64,000 nt of DNA from Okamejei kenojei. Taxonomy: Eukaryota. The notes under the pieces were generated by a model that saw only the letters and a list, made by a program, of their open reading frames with translations, did no database searches and was not told the DNA's origin. Location of the stretch: NCBI GenBank assembly GCA_035221665.1, contig JAVHYY010000407.1:1-64000 (forward strand), read 5' to 3'. Each line of letters begins with the position of its first letter. Position 1 is the first letter of the stretch. The translations under genes were made by a program, and so were the position numbers. This document shows positions 27,431 through 40,399 of this stretch, piece after piece.

Positions 27431-28980
27431 CACAGTATAGCTTTCTGTCCTCCTGATTCATTGTTACTGATGGTATGCCTCCTTCTCAACTTCGACTCAG
27501 CTAACAATGTACATTTCCACGATTATCATCCCCTATAATCTGTATTTTTATACCTTACCTTTCCATATCTCCATGTATCCCTCTCCCCCGACTCACAGCC
27601 TAAAGAAGAGTCTCGACCAGAAACGTCACCCATTATTTCTCTCCAGATATGCTGCATGATCCGCTGAATGATTCCAACATTTTGCATCTGTAGATCATGC
27701 CTGCACAATGGCAAACTGTTTTTTTTTTCATTTTGAAGCAGGAAAGGGAATAGAAAATTCAGCTTGTCTCCCAGATATGTCACCTCATCTTTTTCTCGGC
27801 AACGTATCTCCCAAGCACGGGCACCGCCGCTGTTGCAATTATCGGGACGGTACGGTGTTTCTGTCCTAACTTGTTGCAATGGCAAAATAGAATAGAAAGC
27901 AATAAGTTCACAAAAGGGTTGTTCCAGATAATATTTAAATATGAAGTGAAGTGCAGTATAATCGAACAAAACATTAAATTAACTAAATTACTGTCGATTA
28001 ATCACCATTAGTTGATGTGATCCATGTCTGGTTTTACCGTTGTACACCTGATTTGTAATCCAGTTCAGGTCTTCCACCATGTCATCTAGTGTGCCAGTTC
28101 GTCGGTTCTTTAGATTCATCTTGGAGCTTGGACCTACAACAGTTACATCTAATCGCTCTACATGCTTATGCTAATAAATGACTTATATACGAAGCTCAAC
28201 GACTCAGTGTTTATACAGTGTTTATAGTCAGAAGAAGAGTTTCGGCCCGAAACGTTGTCTATCTCCCTCGCTCCATAGATGCTGCTGCACCCGCTGAGTT
28301 TCTCCAGCATTTTGTGTACGCCAGTGTTTATACATATTCGTACAATTACACTCATTGAAAAACAGATCCGTAATGCAGTTAATGCCACATAAGATGAATA
28401 ATACAGCAGAAAGTCCCAACTGGACAGAATCACAACATTGAACATAGTTTTCAATTTAAATGTTTACAACTGCCCTGCACCATAAAATGGAAATTTATAT
28501 CCACGCAATGCCACTTAATGTACCTGAGGAACAATGTACCGTTTGCACCTCACCTTTTTACTATAATAGTGCAGAACGATAATTAATGCATTATATTATA
28601 TTTATTATAACTAACGATTCTAAAACAGTGGGTGTGAATATTTTATGGCACATAATCGATCGTGTTAGGCTTAAGGTGGAGGGTGAAGCCTCACACTGAT
28701 ATTCACGTCATCTTAATTCATATGTCAAAAGACCAAACCGTCATCAATGAGCCTTCACATGCAGAAGAGGGCAAACAGCAGAATCTCACTGAGTATCAGC
28801 AGCATCGCATACAGATCAGCAAACATTGGAGGTTTGCAAACGGGATACGTGAATGTAGTGCATGACTCAAAGGCTCAGATGACGAAAATCCCATGAAGTT
28901 AAAATGTAGGTATCACCGTTATGGATATATACAAATTTACATCAACGAATTTGGACCCGTTCAATAGAGGTGAAACTTAC

Positions 28981-29050
28981 GTGGAACTCCAATGATTGCG
29001 ATAAAGGGGTAGTAAATGGCAAACACAAGCCCACTTACTGGTCCGTGCAT
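28981..29050 (-). CDS. GPR139-like GPCR coding exon 1 (MHGPVSGLVFAIYYPFIAIIGVP)
   Basis: ATG, 23 codons plus 1 nt, donor GTAAGT; phase 1 matches the exon 2 acceptor at 21936; supplies TM1. Confidence 0.88.
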
Positions 29051-32000
29051 TATCTTCAATGGGCGACCTGTAATCCCCGCACATCCAGCTTGTCGCTCTT
29101 ATATTTTCCGCGAGAATCCCAGGAGAGCCAATTAATCTTCATGTTATCCACATTTAGAACGATCACGAGTGCTGTCATTCAGATTCATGGCCTTGTTGTT
29201 TTTAGCACTCCACTGTAACGGAATACATGCCCCAAGTAGAAACAAATAATACAAATTGCATAATCAACACATTATGAACGTTTCCCCGACAAAATAATAT
29301 CTAGATGTTTCTTCCCTGCTCTGCTTATTGTCCGATGTTACATTACCTCCAACGTTCGAGCATATCACATCCAATGAGTTCCAACGAAATGAAATTAAAA
29401 AACTCGGCGAGCAAGAAAGCGTCAATTCAGCAACTTTCAATTTTGCAAAACGCACACTGTGACAATAATGCGACCAGGCGAGATTAATCCTGCCGTGCTC
29501 TTTCTGTTGAGTAAATATAGTTGGAGCATTCAACGTATAACGCTCAGCTTCTGCCTCATCATTGCTGATTTTATTATGGACTGTTCCCTTTGATGGTCGC
29601 TCTGCTTGTGATACCATCTTTGTTTATCTTTACCAAATACCGTTTCAGAATCACCTTAATAAAACGGATTCAACAAGTGACTTGCGTGATTAAAGTGTCG
29701 CCGATCTTTCTTTAAAGTTTAATGTCCATTAATCCAACCTGCCAGTGTTTGGCCAATATATTTCGAAAACAGTCCTATTCATGCACTTATCCAGATGTGT
29801 TTTAATTATTTTGAAAGTTCCTGCCTTATCCACCTCATCTGGCAGCTCGTCTAGTACATCCACAATGCATTGTGTAAAAGGAATGTGTCCCTGTTAATTC
29901 GTTCCTTTTAACATTAAGCTTATCTTTTCTTGTTTTTTTTTCCCCCAATCTGGATGCAAGACACTGCGCATTCCCGCCAGTCTAATTCTTTCAGAATAGT
30001 AGCTACCTTTGCAAGAGCACCTCTCTTTTGCATGCGCTCCAATAAAGAAAGTCCTAGTCTACCCAAATATCTCCCTATATTTCAGTCCCTCAGTTCCGGG
30101 CAACATGTAATTTTTCAATGCTCACCAACATAATGGCAACAGTGAGGTGGACATACCTGAACCAAATACTCTAAATGCGGCCACACCAACGCCTTGTACA
30201 ATAGTGACATGACATACCCATTTCCCTGACTGATGAATGCCAATGTGCCGAAATCCTTCATTACTAAACTGTCTACTGGTGATGACAATGTCAGAGAAAT
30301 ATGTGTATACGCTGCCAGATGCCGCAGCGCTACAACATTCCATAGAGCTCCGCCAATGTCACTGTGACGTATGATGATGTAATCCTCCATGTACATTCAA
30401 CCATCCATTCCTAAAGACTAATTCCACATTTCTATTTTAATTTTGCATCCATTGTCACTGTTTAAAACCATTAACCTTTTCACCTATTCCCTTTATCATT
30501 AACAATTGATATAATTACGCCACTCGGACGATTAAACGAAATGTATTGTTGGAACAAGGTGAGAGCTTCGTCTGGAACTGTCAACACCTGTCTGGCTTTG
30601 CATGTTAAAGACAATTTAGGCACGCATATCTTTACTGAAGCAAATCAGAACACCGTGCGCAGAGAACTGAGCAGTCCACGGAGCACAGAAATGAGCAGCT
30701 GAGTAGAACGAGGCAGCACGGACCATGCGATCAGAGAACGGATCACAGAGCACTGGGCGTAAACCACATAGCATGGCATTTGTCGAGCAACCAGTCAAAT
30801 GGAGATGTGATGTCCCTGTGTTTAAGAAAAGCATGCCGAATAGAACAAAAATGCACGTCGGTGAGGATGACGTCGGCGTTGGTGGAGGAGTTATCGGATA
30901 AAATTCTTCCGGATATTAGGTTTAGGGAGAAGGGCAAAAGGTGGAATAGAAACTTGAGGGGGAACTCTTTCACACAAAGGCTGGTGGGTGTATGGAACAA
31001 GCTACCACAAGAAGTGGTTGAGGGTGGGACAAGCCAAACGTTTAATAAACAGTTAAACAGGTACACGGATATAACAGGTTTGTTGGGAAATGGACCAAAC
31101 GGGGGCAAGTGGGACTTGTGTAGCTGGGATGTGTTAGCCTGTGTTGGCAGGTTGGGCCGAAGGCAATGACTCCGGTAAATCCCTTCAATGGCAGGGTGGT
31201 GAGAGCCGGTGATTTAACTGCAGGAACCCGAATAGCGCGCCCCAGTAATGAACGGACCGCGTCACTGCAACCCAATTTACATAATACATTAAGAGATTCG
31301 CTTGCACTCTCCTTTGACGGGAATAAATACGTGCAGCCAGTCTGAATAATTCGTTTGGAGTATTGAACAATTGTAAGGCGGTTGCTTGATTCAATGACCG
31401 AGAAATAGATTATAAAAATGACTGAAACGTGGGGTTCTGCTCAGAGTCGGAGCCAACACTTCTGAGCTACGCACAGTGCATCGGCGCTTACCTTGTCCCC
31501 ATCAACGATAAAGAGGATCGGCGTACCGGCGTACTAGTATGTGAATGGGGGGAGGGGGAGTTAGTGTTTAGTAACCGGGAGATCAGGGAGGTTTAGGCGA
31601 ACTGAGCGGTGGTGTTCAACGAAACGGTCGCCGAGCCTGAGCTTGGCCCCGCCAACATATAGAAATCCACCCCTGGATCAGCATATTCTGTAAATGAGGT
31701 TGGAGGATGCGCAAGTGAAACCCTGCCTCATCCAGGCTATATCGGCACTGTGCTATTCTGCTCTCCTCACACTGCCTGAACGTACCGCATAAAATCGAAA
31801 TGTCACTGCCAACCTGGCACCAGCATTCGTTCACACATTCACAATTGCAACAAAAAAAGTTTGCCTGAGATCACACTTAATATTATGGCACGGAGTTAAA
31901 TCGAATGCAACGTTAGGATTGAGAAAATACCGAATCACAGTATGAAGAGAGAGTGCATTAAAACAATTAGTGTCTAAACTGAAGTGATGGGAGAACTCTG

Positions 32001-32621
32001 TGTAGAAAGGAATTGCAAATACTGTTTGATGCCGAAGATAGACACAAATGGAGTAACTCAGCTTTTCCGACAGCATCTCTGGAGAAAAAGGAACGTGAAG
32101 TTTCGGGTCGAACCCTTTCTTCAGAGAGACAGGGGAAAGGGAAGAGAAATCTAGACGATATATAGAGAAACGTAGCAATTTAAAGAAGGATATGCGAAAA
32201 AGTAACGACGGTAAAGCACAGCTCATTGTTAGTTGTTTTTTAATGAAAACGCGTACAGACAATGACTCAACAAGACGATTTTGAATCAGGTATGACGTGG
32301 TTGGTGGAGGGATGGGGAGATAGGGAATGCAGGGGTTACATGGAATAAGAACTATCGATATTCATCTCACTTCGTTATAAGCTGAGGAACTCACCGAGGT
32401 AGGCAGCGTGTTAGGAGGGAATGGAGAGGTACGATTCGGATCTCAACCTCTAATCCCTCCCCAGATACCGCCTGAGCCGCCGAGTTCCTCCAGGACCTTG
32501 TGCTTTGATCAAGGCTGTGAATCTGCCCATTCTTGGGTTAACACAAGTGTGCCAGGCAGCAAACGCACGCATCACTAGACAGCAAGATGAAGACCATGAG
32601 TAGAAATGAATGTCGACTCAC

Positions 32622-32691
32622 GGGGAATACCAATAGCTGCCATAACGGGATAGTAAATGGTCATTATTTGACCCAATATCCAACTTCCCAT
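32622..32691 (-). CDS. Second GPR139-like first coding exon (MGSWILGQIMTIYYPVMAAIGIP), no private exon 2 seen
   Basis: ATG, exactly 70 nt, IYYP-x2-A-x-IG-x-P motif, donor GTGAGT, phase 1. Confidence 0.75.
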
Positions 32692-33054
32692 TTCTTCTCA
32701 AAACTGACGATTCCACGCTTGATGTATCACAGCAGCCCAGCGCCAAACTAGTGATGAAACATCCACACTTCTCTTAATTTACAGGACAGATGTCCCGAGT
32801 GACACCAGTCTCAAAAAACATTGATTATAGTTACAGTTTATGAACAAACAAGGTACGTCAAATGCTCCCAGGATAATACATCTATTAAGATCAGCAATTT
32901 ACAATAACACGTAATGAGAACTTGGGTGAAAGGTTCAGTGGTTACATCTGGGAAAGAGAACATTATCCACAGGGAAGGCAGATTATTATATGCATGATAT
33001 CCGATTAGGAAAGGCGTAGATGCGAGGAAATGTTGGTGTCCTTTTTCATCGTCA

Positions 33055-33740
33055 CTGAAAGTTAGCATGCAGGTACAGCAGGAGTGAATAAAGCAAATGG
33101 CATGTTGGTCTTCAGACCGCGTTGATTTGAGTATAGGAGCAAGGGAGATCTACTGCAGTTGTACAGGGCCCTGGTGACACCACACGTGGAGTATTGTGTG
33201 CAGTTCTGTTCTCCTAATCTGAGGAAGGACATTCTTGCTATTGAGGGAGTGCAACGTAGGTTCACCGGGTTAATTCTCGAGATGCGCCGACCGACATATG
33301 ATGAAAGAATAGATCGACTGGGCTTTCGTTCACTGGAATTTAGAAGTATGAGAGGAGATCATGGAAACATCTAAAATTCTTTAAAGGATTAGACAGGCTA
33401 GGGGCAGGAAAAATGTTGGGGGGGGGGGATCAGGAACCAGGGTTCACAGATAAAGAATAAGGGTTAAGCCTTTTAGGACTGAGATGAGGAAATTTTCTTT
33501 TTCACCCAGACATTCGTGAATCTGTGGGATTCTCTGCCACAGAGGGCAGTGGAGGCAAATTCCTTGTGTATGTTTAGGAGAGAGTTAGATATAGTTCTGA
33601 GTACTGAGGAAATTAAGGGAGAAAGCAGGAACGGGGTACTGATTTTGGATGATCAGGCATTACCAAATTGAACGTAGGTGCTGGCTTGAAGGGTCGAATG
33701 GCCTACTACTGCACCTGTTTTCTATATTTCTCTGTTTCTA
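33055..33740 (+). mobile_element. CR1 LINE 3' end
   Basis: YRALVTPHVEYCVQFCSPNLRKDILAIEGVQRRFT; ends in a tttcta-type tail. Confidence 0.85.
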
Positions 33741-34021
33741 AGAGGAGGACTCATGGAGGGCACTGAGGATTTAATGTTGGAATATCTGGTTTGTATCCCG
33801 CATTGGCCAGAGGCATATAAGAGCACTGCCGTTAATGAAATACGCTATTGACATTTAGAGTCTAGAGTCAATAGTATTTTATTGTCAGTCGTCCCAATTA
33901 GAACAATGCAACACTTGCGCAGCATAACATAATATGAAAACACATTCCACAGTAAACAATATAATAAACGAGAGAGGGATGATACATGTTCAGTGTGCAT
34001 AATAAGCACATACTCACAAAT

Positions 34022-34057
<36 letters not shown>

Positions 34058-34066
34058 CTACATAAC

Positions 34067-35185
34067 TGTAGCCCTGTGTAACTTCATATCCATGACTATT
34101 TCATTAATTGTCTTTTTTTAGAACTTTATATACGTTTGCTGTGAATAGGTGTTTGATGTCATTAGCTGGTTCACATTGATATGTGCTACTGCCCCTTTAC
34201 ATATTTTTCTGCAGTGTACCTGGTGAACATGTGTGGTCACCAGCGTGCAGCCTATGTGGGTGGATTTAAATGCATTCGATTTGTTGTTAATGAGTTAAAT
34301 ATTTTTATCCTGGGTGGTGATTGGTTGGGAGCTGGAGCTTACGAATTGTGGGAGATTTGGTGAGGAGAAGGAGAGAAGAAGGTCTGGGCAGGAGGAAAGA
34401 GAGACGTGTGAGGAACAGAAACTGAGAAAACTAAGTTTCGACTGTCCTACTCGATCACTAAACAGCTTAAATATCTTTCCTCGTGGTGAGGGAAGATTAA
34501 GACTTTAATAACGACCGTCGCTGTCTGGACTTCGTGATTACGGGGAGAGTGGAAGCAACGGTTAGCTGAGCCCGGGAGACGACGAGGGAGAAGGAAGACT
34601 TCTGCCGCACGGGGTCCTTTCTGGTCAGCCAACTCGCCAGCAACTCGCCATTCGCCCGCCATCTTGTGAGCTTCTGCACTTTTCTCACTTGTCGGCTTCA
34701 ACTGTATTTGGCAGAGATGCTCTACAGCTTCGACCAGGCCTGCAACGTGGGGTTATTCTTGTTGTGTTTTCATGTTGCCGGCGTGTGTGAGTGAGTGTGT
34801 GGGCCCACATAGTAATTAATACTGAAAGGTACTATAAAATGATTGATTTTTGAGTGGTGTTGTTTGAATATCTGTGAGAAACTCCAGTAAAACACCATAT
34901 GTTTGATTATTGATATTCTATTTTATATTTCCCTGGCCAACATAATAGTAATGTTGATTAATATAATAAATGTGAAGGTAATTCGTTGGAACATAGTTGT
35001 CAGTTGATTTATTTTAACTGTTTCCACAGAAAGGTATACCATTTAATATTGAAATTGAAGGTGCCCTATTGTCCAAATTTAAAGAGTGCATAAATACGTA
35101 AATGAAGGATTAACTAACACCTATAAGAGAATTAAAGTTTACGAACCTGGGGCGCAGCTCATGTAGAGGGCAAAGAAGCGCTACA
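34067..35185. mobile_element. Solo LTR (1119 bp) with 4-bp TSD
   Basis: Termini TGTAGC...GCTACA; flanked by TAAC at 34063-34066 and 35186-35189. Confidence 0.75.
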
Positions 35186-35444
35186 TAACTAAATGTGTCA
35201 TATTGAACACTTCCTCTCTTCGCTTTATATTGATATTAGCGAAAACGCTACCATATATTGCTATGACGTTTGGCCACCTCACTCACAATCCCCCTCTGCT
35301 GAGCCAGCAGCGAGGAATTTTCCGATCAATGAAAAAAAAATTATGAATGTTAAAAAACCTTGAGTTCAGCTGATTGGTCCTCTCGCCTGTCAATCACCAT
35401 GATGAAGGAATCACCCCTTCCGATGGGCCAGGACTATAAACACC

Positions 35445-36009
35445 AAATGGTATGAAATTGCATTTGAATTTGGTGGCCTGCAGTCTGCTTGAAATGGCAT
35501 GAAATTGCATTTGAATTTGGTGGACTGGATTCTGCTTTAAATGGTATGAAATTGCATTTGAATTTGGTGGCCTGCACTCTGCTTGAAATGGTATGGAATT
35601 GTATTTCAATTTGATGTCCTGCACCCTGTTCGAACTGGTAGGAAAATTGCGTTTCGATTTGGTGGCCTGCACTCTGCTTGAAATGGTGTGAAATTGCATT
35701 TGAATTTGAGGTCCTGCACTCTACTTGAAATGGTATGAAATTGCATTTGAATTTGGTGGCCTGCATCCGGCTTGAAATGTAACGAAATTGCATTTGAATT
35801 TGGTGGCCTGCACTCTGATTGAAATGGTATTGAATTACATTTGAATTTGGTGGCCTGCACTCTGCTTGAAATGGTATGTAATATCATTTGAATTTGGTGG
35901 CCTGGATTCTGCTTGAAATGGTACGAATTGTGTTTGAATTTGGTGGTCTGCACTCTGCTTGAAATGGTGTGAAATATCATTTGACTTTGGTGGCCTGCAC
36001 TCTACTTGC
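35445..36009. repeat. 47-bp minisatellite, about 12 units
   Basis: Unit aaatggtatgaaattgcatttgaatttggtggcctgcactctgcttg; starts at 35445 and 35492. Confidence 0.95.
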
Positions 36010-36650
36010 AATATAGAATTATATAATATTTCGAGGATGTAACTGGTAGAGTGAATAAGGGAGAACCAGTGGATGTGGTATATCTGGACTTTCAGAAAGC
36101 TTTCGAAAAGGTCCCACATAAGAGATTAGTATACACACTTAAAGCACACGGTATTGGCGGTTCAGTATTGATGTGGATAGAGAACTGGCTGGCAGACAGG
36201 AAGCACAGAGTAGGAGTAAACGGCTCCTTTTCAGAATGGCAGTGACTAGTGGGATACCGCAAGACCCCAGATATTTACAATTTATATTAATGATTTGAAC
36301 GAGGGAATTGAATGCAACATCTCCAAGTTTGCGGATGACACGAAGCTGGGGGGGGGGGGCAGTGTTAGCTGTGTGGAGGATGCAAGGAGGTTGCAAGGTA
36401 ACTTGGATAGGCTGGGCGAGTGGGCAAATGCATGGAAGATCCAGTATAATGTGGATAAATGTGAGGTTATCCACTTTGGTGGCAAAAACAGGAAAGTAGA
36501 CTATTATATGAATGGTGGCCTGTGGGAGATGCAACGAGACCTGGCTGTCATGGTACACCAGTCATTGAAAGCAGGCATGCAGGTGCAGCAGGCAGCGAAG
36601 AAAGCGAATGAATTGAGAATAGGAGCAGGGAGGTTCTACTGCAGTTGTAC
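36010..36650 (+). mobile_element. Outer CR1 (RT fragment), continues at 39273-39835
   Basis: KGEPVDVVYLDFQKAF, SKFADDTKL; breaks at ctgcagttgtaca and resumes at tgtacagggtcttggtgag. Confidence 0.85.
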
Positions 36651-36656
36651 ACTAAG

Positions 36657-39275
36657 ACACTAAGGGGCAGAAAACGCTGGTGGGTGTTGTGTACAGGCCA
36701 CCTAACAGTAGCAGAGAAGTTGGGGATGGTATCAAACAGGAAATTAGAAATGCGTGCGACAAAGGCAAAACAGTTATAATGGGTGACTTCAATCTACATA
36801 TAGATTGGGTTAATCAAATTGGCAGGGGTGCTGAGGAAGAGGATTTTTTGGAATGTATGCGGGATAGTTATCTAAATCAACATGTAGAGGAACCAACGAG
36901 AGAGCAGGCTATTTTAGACTGGGTTTTGAGTAATGAGGAAGGGTAATTAGCCGTCTTGTTGTACGTGCCCCCTTGGGAAAGAGTGACCATAATAATGGTT
37001 GAGTTCTTCATTAGGATGGAGAGTGACATTGTTTAATTCAGAAACAATGGTTCTGAACTTAAAGAAAGGTAACTTTGAGGGTATGAGACGTGAATTGGCC
37101 AAGATTGACTGGCAATTAATTCTAAAAGGGTTGACGGTGGATATACAATGGAAGACATTTAAAGACTGCATGGATGAACTACAAAAATTGTTCATCCCAG
37201 TTTGGCAAAAGAATAAATCGGGGAAGGTAGTGCATCCGTGGATAACAAGGGAAATCAGGGATAGTATCAAAGCAAAGGATGATGCGTACAAAGTAGCCAG
37301 AAAAAGCAGCATACCAGAGGACTGGGAGAAATTCAGAGACCAGCAGAGGAGGACAAAGGGCTTAATTAGGAAAGGAAAAATAGATTATGAAAGAAAACTG
37401 GCAGGAACATAAAAACTGACTGCAAAAGTTTTTTATAGATATGTGAAGAGAAAGAGGTTAGTTAAAACAAATGTAGGTCCCTTGCAGTCAGAAACAGTGA
37501 GTTGATCATGGGGAACAAGATATGGCGGACCAATTGAATAACTACTTTGGTTCCGTCTTCACTAAACAAGACATAAATAATCTGCCGGAAATAGCAGGGG
37601 ACTGTGGGTCAAAGGAGGAATTGAGTGAAATCCAGGTCAGTCGGGAAGTGGTGTTGGGTAAATTGAATAGATTAAAGGCCGATAAATCCCCAGGGCCAGA
37701 TAGGCTGCATCCCAGAGTACTTAAGGAAGTAGCTCAGGAAATAGTGGATGCATGAGTGATAATCTTTCAAAACTCTTTAGATTCTGGAGTAGTTCCTGAG
37801 GATTGGCGGGTAGCAAATGTAACCCCTCTTTTTAAGAAGGGAGGGAGAGAGAAAACGGGGAATTACAGACCAGTTAGTCTAACATCGGTAGTGGGGAAAC
37901 TGCTAGAGTCAGTTATTAAAGATGGGATAGCAGCACATTTGGAAAGTGGTGAAATCATTGGACAAAGTCAGCATGGATTTACAAAAGGTAAATCATGTCT
38001 GACGAATCTTGTGGAATTTTTCGAGGATGTAACTAGTAGCGTGGATAAGGGAGAACCAGTGGATGTGGTATATCTGGACTTCCAGAAGGCTTTCGACAAG
38101 GTCCCACATAAGAGATTAGTATACAAACTTAAAGCATACGGTATTAGGGGTTTCAGTATTGATGTGGATAGAGAACTGGCTGGCAAACAGGAAGCAAAGA
38201 GTAGGAGTAAACGGGTCCTTTTCACAATGGCAGGCAGTAACTAGTGGGGTACCGCAGGGCTCAGTGCTGGGACCCCAGCTGTTTACAATATATATTAATG
38301 ATCTGGATGAAGGAATTGAAGGCAATATCTCCAAGTTTGCGGATGACACTAAGCTGGGGGGCAGTGTTCGCTGTGAGGAGGATGCTAGGAGACTGCAAGG
38401 TGACTTGGATAGGCTGGGTGAGTGGGCAAATGTTTGGCAGATGCAGTATAATGTGGATAAATGTGAGGTTATCCACTTGGTGGCAAAAACAGGAAAGCAG
38501 ACTATTATTTAAATGGTGGCCGATTAGGAAAAGGGGAGATGCAGCGAGACCTGGGTGTCATGGTACACCAGTCATTGAAAGTAGGCATGCAGGTGCAGCA
38601 GGCAGTGAAAAAAGCGAATGGTTATGTTAGCTTTCATAGCAAAAGGATTTGAGTACAGGAGCAGGGAGGTTCTACTTCAGTTGTACAGGGTCTTGGTGAG
38701 ACCACACCTGGAGTATTGCGTACAGTTTTGGTCTCCAAATCTGAGGAAGGACATTATTGCCATAGAGGGAGTGCAGAGAAGGTTCACCAGACTGATTCCT
38801 GGGATGTCAGGACTGTCTTATGAAGAAAGACTGGATAGACTCGGTTTATACTCTCTGGAATTTAGGAGATTGAGAGGGGATCTTATAGAAACTTACAAAA
38901 TTCTTAAGGGGTTGGACAGGCTAGATGCAGGAAGATTGTTCCCGATGTTGGGGAAGTCCAGGACAAGGGGTCACAGCTTAAGGATAAGGGGGAAATCCTT
39001 TAAGACCGAGATGAGAAAGACTTTTTTCACACAGAGAGTGGTGAGTCTCTGGAACTCTCTGCCACAGAGGGTAGTTGAGGCCAGTTCATTGGCTATATTT
39101 AAGAGTGAGTTGGATGTGGCCCTTGTGGCTAAGGGGATCAGAGGGTATGGAGAGAAGGCAGGTACGGGATACTGAGTTGGATGATCAGCCATGATCATAT
39201 TGAATGGCGGAGCAGGCTCGAAGGGCTGAATGGCCTACTCCTGCACCTAATTTCTATGTTTCTATGTTTCTATGT
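36657..39275 (+). mobile_element. Inner young CR1 LINE (most of ORF2, 3' UTR, (tttctatg)n tail)
   Basis: GVVYRPP, MGDFN, KSPGPD, NYRPVSLTS, QHGF, GVPQGSVLGP, FADDTKL, RPHLEYC; few frameshifts. Confidence 0.95.
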
Positions 39276-39835
39276 ACAGGGTCTTGGTGAGCGTACAGGT
39301 TTGTTCTCCAAATCTGAGGAAAGATATTCTTGCCATAGAGGGAGTACAGCGAAGGTTCACCAGACTGATTCCTGGGGTGTCATGACTTTCATATGCAGAA
39401 AGTCTGGATAGAATCGGCTTGTACTCGCTAGAATTTAGATGATTGAGGGGGGAACTTACAGAAACTTACAACATTCTTAAGGGGTTGGACAGGCTAGATG
39501 CAGGAATACTGTTCCCGATGTTGGGGAAGCTCAGAACAAGGGTTCACAATTTAAGGATACGGGGGAAAACTTTTAGAACCGAGATGAGAAAAACATTTTT
39601 CACACAGAGAGTGATGAATATCTGGAATTCTCTACTACGAAGGTAATTGAGGCCACTTCATTGGCTATATTTAAGAGGGAGTTAGATGTGGCCCTTGTGG
39701 TTAAAGTGATCAGGGGGTATGGAGAGAAGGCAGGTACAGGATACTGAGTTGGATGATCAGTCATGATCATATTGAATGGCGGTGCAGGCTCGAAGGTCTG
39801 AACGGCCTACCTATTTTCTATGTTTCTATGTTTCT
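39273..39835 (+). mobile_element. Outer CR1 3' end with tail
   Basis: Near-copy of 38690-39275 ending ttctatgtttctatgtttcta directly before the satellite resumes. Confidence 0.88.
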
Positions 39836-40278
39836 AAATGGTATGAAATTGCATTTCAATTTGGTGGCCTGCGCACTGCTTGAAATGGCATGAAATTGCT
39901 ATTGAATTTGGTGGCCTGCACTCTGGAAGAAATGGCATGACATTGCATTTGAAATTGGTTGCCTGAACTCTGCTTGATATGCTATGAAATCGCATTTGAA
40001 TTTGAGGGCCTGCACTCTGCTTGAAATGGTATGAATTGCATTTGAATTTGGTGGCTGTACTCTGCTTGAAATGGTTTGAAATTGCATTTGAATTTGGCGG
40101 CCTGCACTCTGATTGAAATGGTATGAAATTGCATTTGAATTTGAGGGCCTACACTCTGATTGAAATAGAATGAAATTGCATTTGAATTTGAATGGCCTGC
40201 ACTCTGCTTGAAATGCTGTGAGATTGGATTTGCTAGCTGGTCTGCACTCTGCTTGTAGTGTTGTGAGCTTGGATTTGA
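39836..40278. repeat. 47-bp minisatellite, second half (about 9 units)
   Basis: Same unit and orientation as 35445-36009. Confidence 0.95.
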
Positions 40279-40399
40279 AAGAGAGAAGGAGAGAGAGAGA
40301 AGGGAGATAGAGGGGGGAGAGAGAGAGAAGGGGGAGAGAGAGGAGGAGAGTGAGAAGGGGAGATAGACGGGGTAGAGAGAGGAAAAGGGAGAGGAAGTG

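Noticed and set aside
27800-27885. GPCR TM4-like remnant (HCNKLGQKHRTVPIIATAAVPVLG; paralogue at ~6310-6385)
   Set aside because: Only a vague resemblance to CCxKLKxKYCTxxTAAVV; too short to support without a search.
35445-40278. 47-bp repeats as a CRISPR array or as repetitive proteins (ORFs 35394-36119, 39899-40858)
   Set aside because: Units are head-to-tail with no unique spacers, there are no cas genes, the context is vertebrate, and the ORFs are by-products of a stop-poor repeat.
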